Shown in pieces: positions 8,492-17,493 of a DNA stretch of 41,651 nt; the first letter of the stretch is position 1, and every line of letters starts with the position of its first letter. The notes under the pieces are model-generated. The model was not told the DNA's origin, made no database searches, and saw only the letters and a program-made list of their open reading frames with translations. The translations under genes and the position numbers were made by a program. Source of the DNA: a virus (taxonomy: Duplodnaviria; Caudoviricetes); IMG/VR virus record IMGVR_UViG_3300037851_000257, positions 1 to 41,651 of that record; one strand, written 5' to 3'.

Positions 8492-9364
8492 ATGGCTCGT
8501 CCGACCCTTCGCCATCATAGGAAGTTCCGCCACCTCGCCCGGTTACTCGGCGATTCGCCCGCGCTCGCGTGGGGCACGCTGGAGCTCGTCTGGCACGTCG
8601 CCTACGAGTGCGGCGACCCGCTCGTCGGGTCTGCGGCCGACGTAGAGGACGCCGCCTGTTGGCGAGGGAAGCGTGGCGCGTGCGCGGCCGCCCTTGTCGA
8701 AGCGGGGTTCCTCGAACTGGACGACGCCGGCTACTACCGCGTCCACGACCTCGACCACCACGCCCCCGACTACGTCATCAAGCGGCGCCGCCGGGAGGAC
8801 GCACGGCGGACCCATGTCGGACAAACGGCGGACACCGAACCGCCAAACGGCGGACAAACGGCGGACACGCGGCCACCGAACGGCAGTACTCCCACTCGCT
8901 CTCCCGCACGCTCTCCCGCACGCTCTCTAAAGAGTGAGAGTGCGGCTGACGCCGCACGCACGCGCCCTGACGAGCCAACACGCGAGGGCCAACTCTGGCA
9001 GGCCTGGCTAGACACCGCCCATGAACACAGGCACCACCCGCCGCGGATTGCCAGCCAGCGCGACTGGGGCCACCTGAAGGCGCTGACCGCGTCCTACGAC
9101 GACGCCACGCTCAGCACCGCCCTTGCCGCCTGGTGGGCGTCCCCGCACGTCACGCGGCGCTACCTCGGGCAGTGGCGCGCGGACCTCGGCGACGTGCTCG
9201 CGGCTGTCGAATCTGGGCGCGTCTACGGGGCGCCGGTCGCGTCAGCCAGACGCAGTGCCGAGGCGCAACCGGCGTCCTCGCGCTGGGTGTGCCCGCACGA
9301 CCCGCCCTGCCAGTCCCCGACGTGGTGCCAGGTCGTTGCGGCCCGGCAGGAGGTGAGCGCATGA
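8492..9364 (+). CDS. Phage replication initiator (replisome-organiser-like)
   Basis: N-terminal HRKFRHLARLL...AWGTLELVW...LVEAGFL..YYRVHD wHTH; repetitive low-complexity linker; position after recT. Confidence 0.75.
   Translation: MARPTLRHHRKFRHLARLLGDSPALAWGTLELVWHVAYECGDPLVGSAADVEDAACWRGKRGACAAALVEAGFLELDDAGYYRVHDLDHHAPDYVIKRRRREDARRTHVGQTADTEPPNGGQTADTRPPNGSTPTRSPARSPARSLKSESAADAARTRPDEPTREGQLWQAWLDTAHEHRHHPPRIASQRDWGHLKALTASYDDATLSTALAAWWASPHVTRRYLGQWRADLGDVLAAVESGRVYGAPVASARRSAEAQPASSRWVCPHDPPCQSPTWCQVVAARQEVSA
8803..8940. repeat. Iteron-like repeats, candidate replication origin
   Basis: AAACGGCGGACA x3 (8823, 8845, 8856), ACGGCGGAC at 8803, then tandem CTCTCCCGCACG, inside the initiator gene. 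Confidence 0.6.
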
Positions 9365-9379
9365 GCAACTGCGACGTGT

Positions 9380-9766
9380 GTGGGTATCCGCTCAACACGC
9401 CGTGATGCGGAACAGGCACACCAGCGTGCGGATGAGGCGGGGGCGGCGCTTGCTGCGCTTCGAGCGGCGATCAGCGCGCAGACCGACAAGCCTGCGTCGT
9501 TCTACGTCGCCCTCGCGCAGGCGCACAAGCAGGACAGCGAGATGGTGGACGAGCACGAGGAGTATGGGGAGGTGCGAACGCTGAAGCGTGAACGCGACGA
9601 GGCGGATGAGGCGCTGGCGGCTTGCCGTGCAGTGGCGACGGGGAAGATTGCCCAAGCGCGGGACTGGCTGTGGGAGATAGCCGCCGACCACCCAGACTCG
9701 TCGCTTGCCGAGTGGTGCGAGGAACGCGCCGCGCGTCTCGACGCAGTGCTGAAGGAGGAGGCATGA
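9380..9766 (+). CDS. Hypothetical coiled-coil protein (start uncertain, possibly frameshifted from ATG9361)
   Basis: Helical ORF ending in ATGA overlap with the HNH gene. Confidence 0.5.
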   Translation: MGIRSTRRDAEQAHQRADEAGAALAALRAAISAQTDKPASFYVALAQAHKQDSEMVDEHEEYGEVRTLKRERDEADEALAACRAVATGKIAQARDWLWEIAADHPDSSLAEWCEERAARLDAVLKEEA

Positions 9767-10113
9767 GTCCGATGGCGCCGCGCCGTGCGTGCAGCGTAGG
9801 GACGTGTAACGCTCCAGCCGTCGCCCGTGGTCGGTGCGCCGAGCACGCGACGGTAGCTGAGCGCGCGCGCGGGTCAGCCCATGCGCGTGGCTACGGTCAA
9901 CACTGGCGGCTGATCCGTGCGAACTTCCTCCGACGTCACCCACGGTGCGCGGGCTGCGCGAGGCCGGCGACACAGGCGCACCACGTCGTGCGGGTCCGCG
10001 ATGGCGGGTCGCACGCGGATGCCAACCTGCAACCGTTGTGTGTGCGCTGTCACTCGCGGGTCACCGCGGCAGAGGATTCACGATGGGGAAGGGGGGGGGG
10101 ATCGAATCTCTAG
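9763..10113 (+). CDS. Packaging-associated HNH endonuclease (HK97 gp74-like)
   Basis: RGSAHARGYGQHW...HPRCAGC...HHVV...NLQPLCVRCHSRVT; directly upstream of terS. Confidence 0.88.
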   Translation: MSPMAPRRACSVGTCNAPAVARGRCAEHATVAERARGSAHARGYGQHWRLIRANFLRRHPRCAGCARPATQAHHVVRVRDGGSHADANLQPLCVRCHSRVTAAEDSRWGRGGGSNL

Positions 10114-10165
10114 GGCGGAGGGCCAGAAGACCGCGCTGCGCCCGTTTACGCGCATGGACGAAATA
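10085..10165. other. Candidate cos region
   Basis: G10 tract followed by ATCGAATCTCT between packaging HNH and P27-type terS, the usual cos position in HK97-like phages. Confidence 0.5.
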
Positions 10166-10205
10166 TGACGGGGCCTGAATCGGCCACGGAGTAGGGGCAG
10201 GTGGT

Positions 10206-10748
10206 ATGGCTGGAAACTATCGCAGTGGGCGGCACGCTAAGACCGCGGCGCAACGCGCGGTCGATGGGTCTAGGCAGCGGGCTCGGCATCGCGCAGCGCC
10301 ACGGTATGCCCAGACGATCCCGGCCTGTCCGGCGCATGTGGCTGAGGACCCGCTGGCCCGGCTGGCGTGGGAGCGCCTCACGGCGGCGCTAGGCGATGCC
10401 GGGGTGGTAGACGCCTCCCACGCCGAGGCGCTCGCCGCCCTGGCGGACACCTGGGCGGACTACCAGCGCGTGCGGGCCGAGATGCGGGACCTCGGGTACC
10501 GCACGCTGATTCCCCGGACGCGCGTTGGCCTAGACGGATCAACAACCGAGGAGTTGGTCGTGAACCCGCTGCGACGCACCACCCTAGAGCTCGCGAAGGA
10601 ACTGCGGGCCTGGCTGGCAGAGTTCGGGCTGACCCCTATCACGGTGTCGAAGGTGGCTCGACGGGAGACGGCAGAACCGGATGATGACCCGCTTGCAGCG
10701 TTCCTCGCGCCGGCGACGCGCGCCGGCCAGATCCGGCGCGTCAAGTAA
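10206..10748 (+). CDS. terS: Terminase small subunit (P27-like)
   Basis: SGRHAK...PACPAHV...AWERL...VVNPL...LAEFGLTP. Confidence 0.88.
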   Translation: MAGNYRSGRHAKTAAQRAVDGSRQRARHRAAPRYAQTIPACPAHVAEDPLARLAWERLTAALGDAGVVDASHAEALAALADTWADYQRVRAEMRDLGYRTLIPRTRVGLDGSTTEELVVNPLRRTTLELAKELRAWLAEFGLTPITVSKVARRETAEPDDDPLAAFLAPATRAGQIRRVK

Positions 10749-12384
10749 GCCACCGCACGCGGTAGACGCGTACGCGGGCGATGTCGTCGCTGGCCGCCTC
10801 CTCGCCGGCCCGCTCGTGCGGGCCGCGTGTCGTCGTCATCTCGCCGATCGGCGCGCGCGGCGCTGGGTGTTCGATGCGGCGAAGGCAGATCGCATCATCG
10901 GTTTCTTCGAGCGCGTGCTGCGGCTGCCAGACACCACGGGCGACGACGGCCAACCGCGCTTCTTCCTCCTGGAGGCGTGGCAGAAGTTCGTGATCGGCTC
11001 CCTGTTCGGCTGGGTGGATAGCCAGGGCCTTCGGCGGTTCCGCGACGCCTACATCGAGGTCGGCAAGGGCAACGGAAAGTCGCCGATGTGCGCCGGCATC
11101 GGGCTGTATGGCTTGGTCGCCGACGGCGAGCGCGCGGCGGAAATCTACGCCGCGGCGGTCACTCGCGAACAGGCGCGCATCCTCTGGACGGACGCGCAGC
11201 GGATGGTGGAGTGCTCCAGGGCCCTGTCGAGCCGCGTCGATGTCTCGGTCGCGAACCTGGCGTGCCCGAGCACGATGTCGTTCTTCCGGTCGGTCAGCTC
11301 GGAGCACCGCGGTCTCGATGGCAAGCGGCCCCACATGGGGCTGCTCGACGAGCTGCACGAGCACCCCACGTCGATGGTGACGACGAAGATCCGGGCCGGC
11401 GCGAAGGGCCGCCCGCAGCCGCTCTTCGTCGAGATTACGAACTCCGGCGTGGACCGCACCTCGATCTGTTGGCAGCACCACGAGCATTCGCGCCGCGTCG
11501 TCGAGGGCACCACGGAGGACGACCGGTGGTTCGCCTACGTCTGCGGCCTCGACGAGGGCGACGACCCCCTGCTCGACCCGAGCTGCTGGCCGAAGGCGAA
11601 CCCGAACCTCGGCGTGTCGATCTCCCCGGACTACCTCGAGCGTCAGGTCGCGACGGCCATGAACGTCCAGGGGGAGACGAACACCATCCTGCGTCTGAAC
11701 TTCTGCGTCTGGACGCAGGCCATCAGCCGCGAGTTCGCGGCCGAGGCCTGGCAGGCCTGCGCCGTGACGGTCCCGGACGCGGAGCTGCTCGGCGCGCCGT
11801 GCTACGCCGGCCTCGACCTCGGCCTCGAGGACGACCTCTCGGCCTTCGTGCTGATCTGGGCGCTGCCGGATGGCCGCGTCGTGGTGCGGCCCACGATGTG
11901 GGTGCCGCGCGGCACGCTCGAGCGGCGACATGACCGGCCCTACGACGCCTGGGTGCGGGACGGCGCCCTCCGCGTGACCGAGGGCACGGCGACCGACTAC
12001 GACCAGGTCGAGCGGGAGGTCATCGCGCTCTGCCACGAGCACGGCGTGCGCGAGGTGGCCTACGACAAGCGGTTCGCCGAGCACATGCGGCTCCACTTCG
12101 AGGCCGACGGCATCGTGTGCTGGGACACGCCGCAAGGCTTCCAACTCAACCTGTCGATCGTCCGCCTCCGGCAACTCGTGTCCGAGCGCCTCCTCTGCCA
12201 CGGGGGGCACCCCGTGCTGGCGTGGATGGCAGACAACTTCGTCACCCGCAAGGGCCGCGACGGCGACGTGCGGCCCGATAAGGCCTCGGCCGCCGAGAAG
12301 ATTGACGGCATGGTTGCGCTCTGCATGGCGATCGACCGGCTGATTCGCCAGCCGGAGGGCTTCAGGGGGGTCCTACTGCTGTGA
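10681..12384 (+). CDS. terL: Terminase large subunit
   Basis: Walker A GKGNGKS, Walker B LLDELHE, WPKANPNLG, nuclease GLDLG and KIDGMVA. Confidence 0.97.
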   Translation: MMTRLQRSSRRRRAPARSGASSKPPHAVDAYAGDVVAGRLLAGPLVRAACRRHLADRRARRWVFDAAKADRIIGFFERVLRLPDTTGDDGQPRFFLLEAWQKFVIGSLFGWVDSQGLRRFRDAYIEVGKGNGKSPMCAGIGLYGLVADGERAAEIYAAAVTREQARILWTDAQRMVECSRALSSRVDVSVANLACPSTMSFFRSVSSEHRGLDGKRPHMGLLDELHEHPTSMVTTKIRAGAKGRPQPLFVEITNSGVDRTSICWQHHEHSRRVVEGTTEDDRWFAYVCGLDEGDDPLLDPSCWPKANPNLGVSISPDYLERQVATAMNVQGETNTILRLNFCVWTQAISREFAAEAWQACAVTVPDAELLGAPCYAGLDLGLEDDLSAFVLIWALPDGRVVVRPTMWVPRGTLERRHDRPYDAWVRDGALRVTEGTATDYDQVEREVIALCHEHGVREVAYDKRFAEHMRLHFEADGIVCWDTPQGFQLNLSIVRLRQLVSERLLCHGGHPVLAWMADNFVTRKGRDGDVRPDKASAAEKIDGMVALCMAIDRLIRQPEGFRGVLLL

Positions 12385-12575
12385 CCGACACACCGACCCT
12401 GCTCCCACGCCTCCTCACCGTCAAGGAGTTCGCCGGGCTGTACCGCGTCGATGTCCGCACCGTCCAGCGGTGGGTGCGGCAGCGCGCCGTCACGGTCGTG
12501 CAGATCGGCCCGCGGAAGTGCCTCCGCATCGTCTTGGACGAGCCGCAGCCCGTGGCGACAACACACGACAAATAG
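12381..12575 (+). CDS. Small Xis/MerR/BldC-like HTH DNA-binding protein
   Basis: LLTVKEFAGLYRVDVRTVQRWVRQ. Confidence 0.85.
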   Translation: MTDTPTLLPRLLTVKEFAGLYRVDVRTVQRWVRQRAVTVVQIGPRKCLRIVLDEPQPVATTHDK

Positions 12576-12580
12576 CGACA
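12556..12580 (+). promoter_or_regulatory. Three CGACA direct repeats at 10-bp phasing
   Basis: CGACA at 12556, 12566, 12576, at the end of the HTH gene and before the head operon. Confidence 0.5.
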
Positions 12581-12626
12581 TCGGCGCATCACCCTGTTTC
12601 GCGCCTTCAACCTGATAGGCGGATAC

Positions 12627-12782
12627 GTGGGTAGAGTGGCGCTAGTCCTCATCATCCTCGGGTGCGCGCTCCTCATCGCGGGGGTGTACGCGCTGTCGCC
12701 GGCGTGGGCCGGCATCGTGTCGGGCGTGCTGCTGCTGTCGGCGGGCGTCCAGGTGGCCCGTGAGGACGAGGGCCCGCGATGA
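12627..12782 (+). CDS. Small two-TM membrane protein (not in ORF track)
   Basis: VALVLIILGCALLIAGVYALSPAWAGIVSGVLLLSAG; 51 aa; ATGA-coupled to next gene; this gene type is common between terL and portal. Confidence 0.7.
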   Translation: MGRVALVLIILGCALLIAGVYALSPAWAGIVSGVLLLSAGVQVAREDEGPR

Positions 12783-14137
12783 AGCACTTCTGGGCGACCA
12801 TCCCCGGCTGGTGCGATTTCGCGGACCTCTACCGCGCCCAGGTGCAACGCATCCCCGCTGGCGGGCACATCGTGGAGGTCGGCGCGTTCCTCGGCAAGTC
12901 GGCCGCGTACCTCGCGGTCGAGATCGCCAACAGTGGGAAGCGCATCCAGTTCGATACCTGCGACACCTGGCAGGGCGTCCAGGAGGACGAAGCGGGCGCC
13001 CTGATGTGGGGCGTGCAGCAGCGCGCGATCGCCGACCACGGGTCGATTGAGGCGGCCACGCGCGCGCACCTGGCGCCGGTCGCGGACCTGGTCACGCTAC
13101 GCACGGGCCACAGCCTACACCTGGCCGGAACCTACCACGACGCGAGCCTCGACTTCGTGTTCCTCGACGATTGCCATGACGGTCCACACGTCTACGCGGA
13201 GCTCGAGGCGTGGTGGCCGAAGCTCAAGCCTGGGGGCGTGCTCGCCGGCCATGACTTCGCGTGGCCGGAGGTGCGCACGGCGGTGACGCTGTGGGCGCAG
13301 GCGACGGGGCTCCCCGTGCGGCCCGTGTCCACCAGCTCGTGGGCGGTCGAGAAGCCGGTCCCCGCCACGACCTGGACGCGCCCGGCGGGGGAGCGACGCG
13401 CCCTGGTCGCCGTCGCGTGCAACGAGCGCACGATTGGGCGGGACACCGCGCACAGCCTGCTGGACCTCGCGTGGCATCGGCCGCAGTGTGGCACGCCGGC
13501 CGCGCAGGGGTTCTCGGTGATCGACGTCGCCTGGGAGTGGCGGCACGTCCTCGTGTCCGACCTCCGAGACGCGCTGGCGCTCGCGGCGGTCGATGGCGGC
13601 TACTCGCACCTGGTGTTTCTCGACGCCGACATGGTCTGGCCGACCGACGTCGTGTCGCGGCTACTCGCGCACCATGCCAAGGGCATCGTCAGCGGGCTCT
13701 ACCTCACGAAGAAGTGGCCCCATCACCCCGTGGCGATGCGGCGGCCCATCTACAACGACCTGCGGCGGGCGTGGGACTACTACTACGACGAGGCCGGCGT
13801 GGACGCGCAGACACTGCGGCCGGTGGACCTGGTCGGCATGGGCTGCACCATCATCCCGGTCGAGGTGTTCCGGCGCTTCACACGGCCATGGTTCAAGTAC
13901 CTGGCCGACGCAAGCGGCTTCCACAAGATCTCCGAGGACGTGTGGTTTTGTCAGGCGGCCCGCGCGCAGGGCTGCCCGATCTGGCTGGACCCGACCATCG
14001 TCTGCAAGCACGACACGCACGAGCTGATTGGCTTGGAGCACTTCGAGCGCGCCCAGATCGAGCGGCAGGGGCTTGAAGCCCTGCGCGCCGCACAGGGACG
14101 GTCTCCTCATGAGCTGGCTGACGCAGGCGTTGAATAA
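12779..14137 (+). CDS. Class I SAM methyltransferase (Methyltransf_24-like) fused to GT-A glycosyltransferase
   Basis: VEVGAFLGKS, DFVFLDDCH, LKPGGVLAGHDF; then HLVFLDADM (DxD), GMGCTII, SEDVWFC. Confidence 0.88.
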   Translation: MKHFWATIPGWCDFADLYRAQVQRIPAGGHIVEVGAFLGKSAAYLAVEIANSGKRIQFDTCDTWQGVQEDEAGALMWGVQQRAIADHGSIEAATRAHLAPVADLVTLRTGHSLHLAGTYHDASLDFVFLDDCHDGPHVYAELEAWWPKLKPGGVLAGHDFAWPEVRTAVTLWAQATGLPVRPVSTSSWAVEKPVPATTWTRPAGERRALVAVACNERTIGRDTAHSLLDLAWHRPQCGTPAAQGFSVIDVAWEWRHVLVSDLRDALALAAVDGGYSHLVFLDADMVWPTDVVSRLLAHHAKGIVSGLYLTKKWPHHPVAMRRPIYNDLRRAWDYYYDEAGVDAQTLRPVDLVGMGCTIIPVEVFRRFTRPWFKYLADASGFHKISEDVWFCQAARAQGCPIWLDPTIVCKHDTHELIGLEHFERAQIERQGLEALRAAQGRSPHELADAGVE

Positions 14138-15401
14138 CTGGCGGCCGGCGGCGGGTGGGGCCCGGCGGTTCACCGGGTCCGCGCAGCCCGAGGAGTGGCT
14201 GCTCGACGCCTGGCGCGGCCCTCAGTCGCGCAGTGGCGTCACCGTCAGCGAGCAGGCGGCGCTGGGCCACCCCGCGGTCTACGCGGCGGTGCGGGTGCTC
14301 TCGGAGAGCCTCGCGCAGCTCCCGACGAAGGTCTACCGGTACCGGGCGGACGGGGGCAAGGACGAAGACCGGCAACACGCGCTGTGGGTGCTCCTGCACG
14401 ACAGCCCGAACCCGGAAATGACGGCGTTTGAGTTCAAGGCGTGCCTGATGGGCCACCTTGCGCTGTGGGGCAACGCCTACGCCGAGGTCGAGCGCGATGG
14501 CCTCGGGCGCGTCGTGAACCTCTGGCCGCTGCGGCCTGACCGAATGACGGTGACGCGCGACGACGCGGGTCGCCGCGTCTGGGTCTACACCCTCCCCACG
14601 GGCGCGCCGGCGAAGTTCACCTGGAAGAACCCGAGCTACCAGGCGCCGCCGATCCTGCACCTGCGGGGGCTGTCCGCGGATGGGCACCTTGGCTACAGCC
14701 CGCTCCAACTCCTGCGCGAGAGCATCGGGCTGTCGCTGGCGGCCGAGCAGTATGGCGCGCGGATCTTCGGCAGCGCCGGCTCCGTGCGCGGGGCGTTGAA
14801 GACCGAGCAGCGGCTCACCGACGACGTCGCCAAGCGCATCAAGGAGTCCTGGGAGGCGTCGCACAAGGGGCTCACGAACGCGCACCGGGTGGCGGTGCTC
14901 GAGCAGGGCGTGAGCTGGCAGCAGATCGGCGTGTCGCCGGAAGACGCGCAGATGCTGCAGACGCGCAAGTTCCAGGTCAACGAGATCGCCCGCGCGTTCC
15001 GGGTGCCGCCGCACATGATCGGCGACCTCGAGCGCGCGACGTTCAGCAACATCGAACACCAGTCGATCGATTTCGTGACCCACACCCTGATGCCGTGGGT
15101 CGTCGCGTGGGAGCAGGCCATCGCCCGCGACCTCCTAAGCATCCGGTCGTTCCGCACGCACACCGTCAAGTTCGTCGTAAACGGACTGCTGCGCGGCGAC
15201 GTGAAGTCGCGGTTCGAGGCCTACGCGATCGGCATCCAGCACGGCTGGTATTCGCCCGATGACGTGCGCGGGTTTGAGGATCTCAACCCCTTGCCGGATG
15301 GCGTCGGGGATACCTACCTGCGGCCCCTGAACATGGTCCCGGCCGGCCAGGCGCCGGCGTCCGCACCGACCACCACGAGACCCACGGAGGTCGCGGCATG
15401 A
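14109..15401 (+). CDS. HK97-family portal protein
   Basis: VYAAVRVLSESLAQLP, PNPEMTAFEF, GNAYA, EIARAFRVPPHMIG, FSNIEHQ. Confidence 0.97.
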   Translation: MSWLTQALNNWRPAAGGARRFTGSAQPEEWLLDAWRGPQSRSGVTVSEQAALGHPAVYAAVRVLSESLAQLPTKVYRYRADGGKDEDRQHALWVLLHDSPNPEMTAFEFKACLMGHLALWGNAYAEVERDGLGRVVNLWPLRPDRMTVTRDDAGRRVWVYTLPTGAPAKFTWKNPSYQAPPILHLRGLSADGHLGYSPLQLLRESIGLSLAAEQYGARIFGSAGSVRGALKTEQRLTDDVAKRIKESWEASHKGLTNAHRVAVLEQGVSWQQIGVSPEDAQMLQTRKFQVNEIARAFRVPPHMIGDLERATFSNIEHQSIDFVTHTLMPWVVAWEQAIARDLLSIRSFRTHTVKFVVNGLLRGDVKSRFEAYAIGIQHGWYSPDDVRGFEDLNPLPDGVGDTYLRPLNMVPAGQAPASAPTTTRPTEVAA

Positions 15402-16048
15402 ACGAACGTGACGTCAGACACGGCGGCGCAGGGGACCGCGAGGTCCGGAGCGGGGGCGCGGGTGTGGAGCTGCGCACGGCCGAGGGCCAGGACCTGCGCG
15501 TCCTGAGCGGGTACGCGGCCCTGTTCGACACGGAGGCCGAGATCGCGGGGCTGTTCGTCGAGCGCATTGCGCCTGGGGCCTTCCGGGCGGCCCTGGCGCG
15601 TCCCGACGACGTGCGCGCGCTCTTCAACCACGACCCGTCGCTGCTGCTCGGGCGCGTTGCGAACGGCACGCTGCGGCTGACCGAGGATGCGCGCGGCCTC
15701 CGCTACGAGGTGGACCTGAACCCCACCGACCCGGACGCGCAGCGCGTGCTGGCGAAAGTGTCACGGGGCGACGTGACGCAGAGCAGCTTCGGGTTCCGCG
15801 TCACGCAGGCGGACCCGTTCACAGTGCGCAGTGACGGGAAACCGCTGCGGGTGATTCGGGAAGTCGAACTGTTCGATGTCTCGCCGGTGACGTATCCGGC
15901 GTACGAGGAGACGAGCGTCAGCGCGCGGGATGCGGCGCGGGCCGCCAGTGCGGTGCCGACCGCGCCCACGCCGGCGGCCGTCTCCGACACCTTGGCGCGT
16001 CGGCTGGCGTGGCACGCGCGCCTCGAGGCGGCGCACGCCACTCGGTGA
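15398..16048 (+). CDS. HK97-family prohead protease
   Basis: GYAALFD, ERIAPGAF, ALFNHD, SSFGF, DVSPVTYPAY. Confidence 0.96.
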   Translation: MNERDVRHGGAGDREVRSGGAGVELRTAEGQDLRVLSGYAALFDTEAEIAGLFVERIAPGAFRAALARPDDVRALFNHDPSLLLGRVANGTLRLTEDARGLRYEVDLNPTDPDAQRVLAKVSRGDVTQSSFGFRVTQADPFTVRSDGKPLRVIREVELFDVSPVTYPAYEETSVSARDAARAASAVPTAPTPAAVSDTLARRLAWHARLEAAHATR

Positions 16049-16098
16049 GGGGAGAGCTGGACGCGATCCGGCCGAATCGACTGACAGGGAGAAGGAAC

Positions 16099-17262
16099 AT
16101 GCTGGAGCGACTGCGCGAGGAAGCTGGCAAGCTCCTCCACGATGCTCGCCAGATCCTCTCCGTGGCCGACCGCGAGACGCGGGCGCTCACGGCCGAGGAG
16201 AGTGCGACCTACGACGCGCTGATGGCGGACTACGACGCCAAGCGCGCCGAGATCAAGCGGCACGAGCGCCTGGCGGCCGCCGAGGCCGACGTGGCGTCGC
16301 GGGGCCCGGTTGCGGGCCGGGCGGCGATGGGTGACATCACGGCCGACGAGCTGCGGCACCGGGCGGCCTTCTGGGCCTACGTGCGCGGCGGCGACTTCGA
16401 CCGACGCGACTTGGTCGTCGGCACCAACACCCAGGGCGGCTACGTGGTGCCCTCCGACTTCCGGCGCCAGCTCATCATGGCGCTGAACGAGGAGAACGTG
16501 ATGCGGCAGTACGCCACGGTCTTCGAGACCACGAGCGGCACGCTGTCGATCCCGGCCGTCTCGACGCACGGATCGGCGACCTGGCTCGCGGAGAACGGCA
16601 CCTACACGGTGTCCGACGAGACCTTCGGCCAGGTGACGCTCAGCGCCTACAAGGCGACCACGTTGATCAAGGTGAGCGAAGAGCTGCTCAACGACAGCGC
16701 CTTCCCGCTCGAGGCGTTCCTCGCCACCGAGTTCGCGCGGCGCATCGCGGCGCTCGAGGAGGCGGCCTTCGTCGATGGCGACGGCTCCGGCAAGCCCACC
16801 GGCATCGTCGGGGGCTCCAGCCTCGGCAAGACGGCGTCGGCGACGAACGCCATCACCGCCGACGAGCTCGTGGACACCTACCACGCGCTGGCGCGGCCCT
16901 ACCGCATGAAGGCGGTGTGGCTGATGCACGACAGCACGATCAAGGCGATCCGCAAGCTCGTCACGGGCGTCTCGGGCGACAAGACGTATCTCTGGCAGCC
17001 CGGCCTTGTGGCGGGCGAGCCTGACCGGCTGCTGGGGCGGCCCGTTGTCGCGTCGAGCTACATGCCGACCATTGCGACTGGTGCCAAGGTCGCGGTCTTC
17101 GGGGACCTCGGCTACTACTACATCGGCGACCGGCAGGCCATCGGGATGCAGCGCCTCAACGAGGTCTACGCCGTGACCGGCCAGGTCGGGTTCCGGATCT
17201 TCAAGCGCACGGACGGCAAGCTCGCGCTGGCGTCCGCAGCCGTGCACCTGAAGAACGCCTGA
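16099..17262 (+). CDS. HK97-family major capsid protein with delta domain
   Basis: AAGGA RBS; coiled-coil N-terminus; GGYVVP, VSEELLNDS, GDGSGKPTGI, LLGRPV, FGD. Confidence 0.97.
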   Translation: MLERLREEAGKLLHDARQILSVADRETRALTAEESATYDALMADYDAKRAEIKRHERLAAAEADVASRGPVAGRAAMGDITADELRHRAAFWAYVRGGDFDRRDLVVGTNTQGGYVVPSDFRRQLIMALNEENVMRQYATVFETTSGTLSIPAVSTHGSATWLAENGTYTVSDETFGQVTLSAYKATTLIKVSEELLNDSAFPLEAFLATEFARRIAALEEAAFVDGDGSGKPTGIVGGSSLGKTASATNAITADELVDTYHALARPYRMKAVWLMHDSTIKAIRKLVTGVSGDKTYLWQPGLVAGEPDRLLGRPVVASSYMPTIATGAKVAVFGDLGYYYIGDRQAIGMQRLNEVYAVTGQVGFRIFKRTDGKLALASAAVHLKNA

Positions 17263-17269
17263 GGCCCCC

Positions 17270-17491
17270 ATGCCGCAGGTCCGTCTTCTGGTCGGCCTCG
17301 CTGGGATCGACTTCGCGCACGCCGCGGGCGAGCTGTACTCCTGTGACGCGGATTCGGCGGCCCGTCTCGTGGCCGCCGGGTTCGCGACGTGGGTCGAGAC
17401 CGCCGCCCCCGTGCCGGCGCGCGCGGTCGAAACCGCCATGCGGGGCGTGCCCGAGCGCGCAGTCAAGCCGCGCGCGAAGGGCCGGGGCTGA
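17270..17491 (+). CDS. Small head-associated hypothetical protein
   Basis: AARLVAAGFA...VETA...K/R tail; typical of the gene after HK97-type capsid genes. Confidence 0.7.
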   Translation: MPQVRLLVGLAGIDFAHAAGELYSCDADSAARLVAAGFATWVETAAPVPARAVETAMRGVPERAVKPRAKGRG

Positions 17492-17493
17492 CC

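Noticed and set aside
12779-13370. DNA methyltransferase
   Set aside because: Lacks DPPY/NPPY or PCQ catalytic motifs; pattern fits small-molecule/sugar methyltransferases
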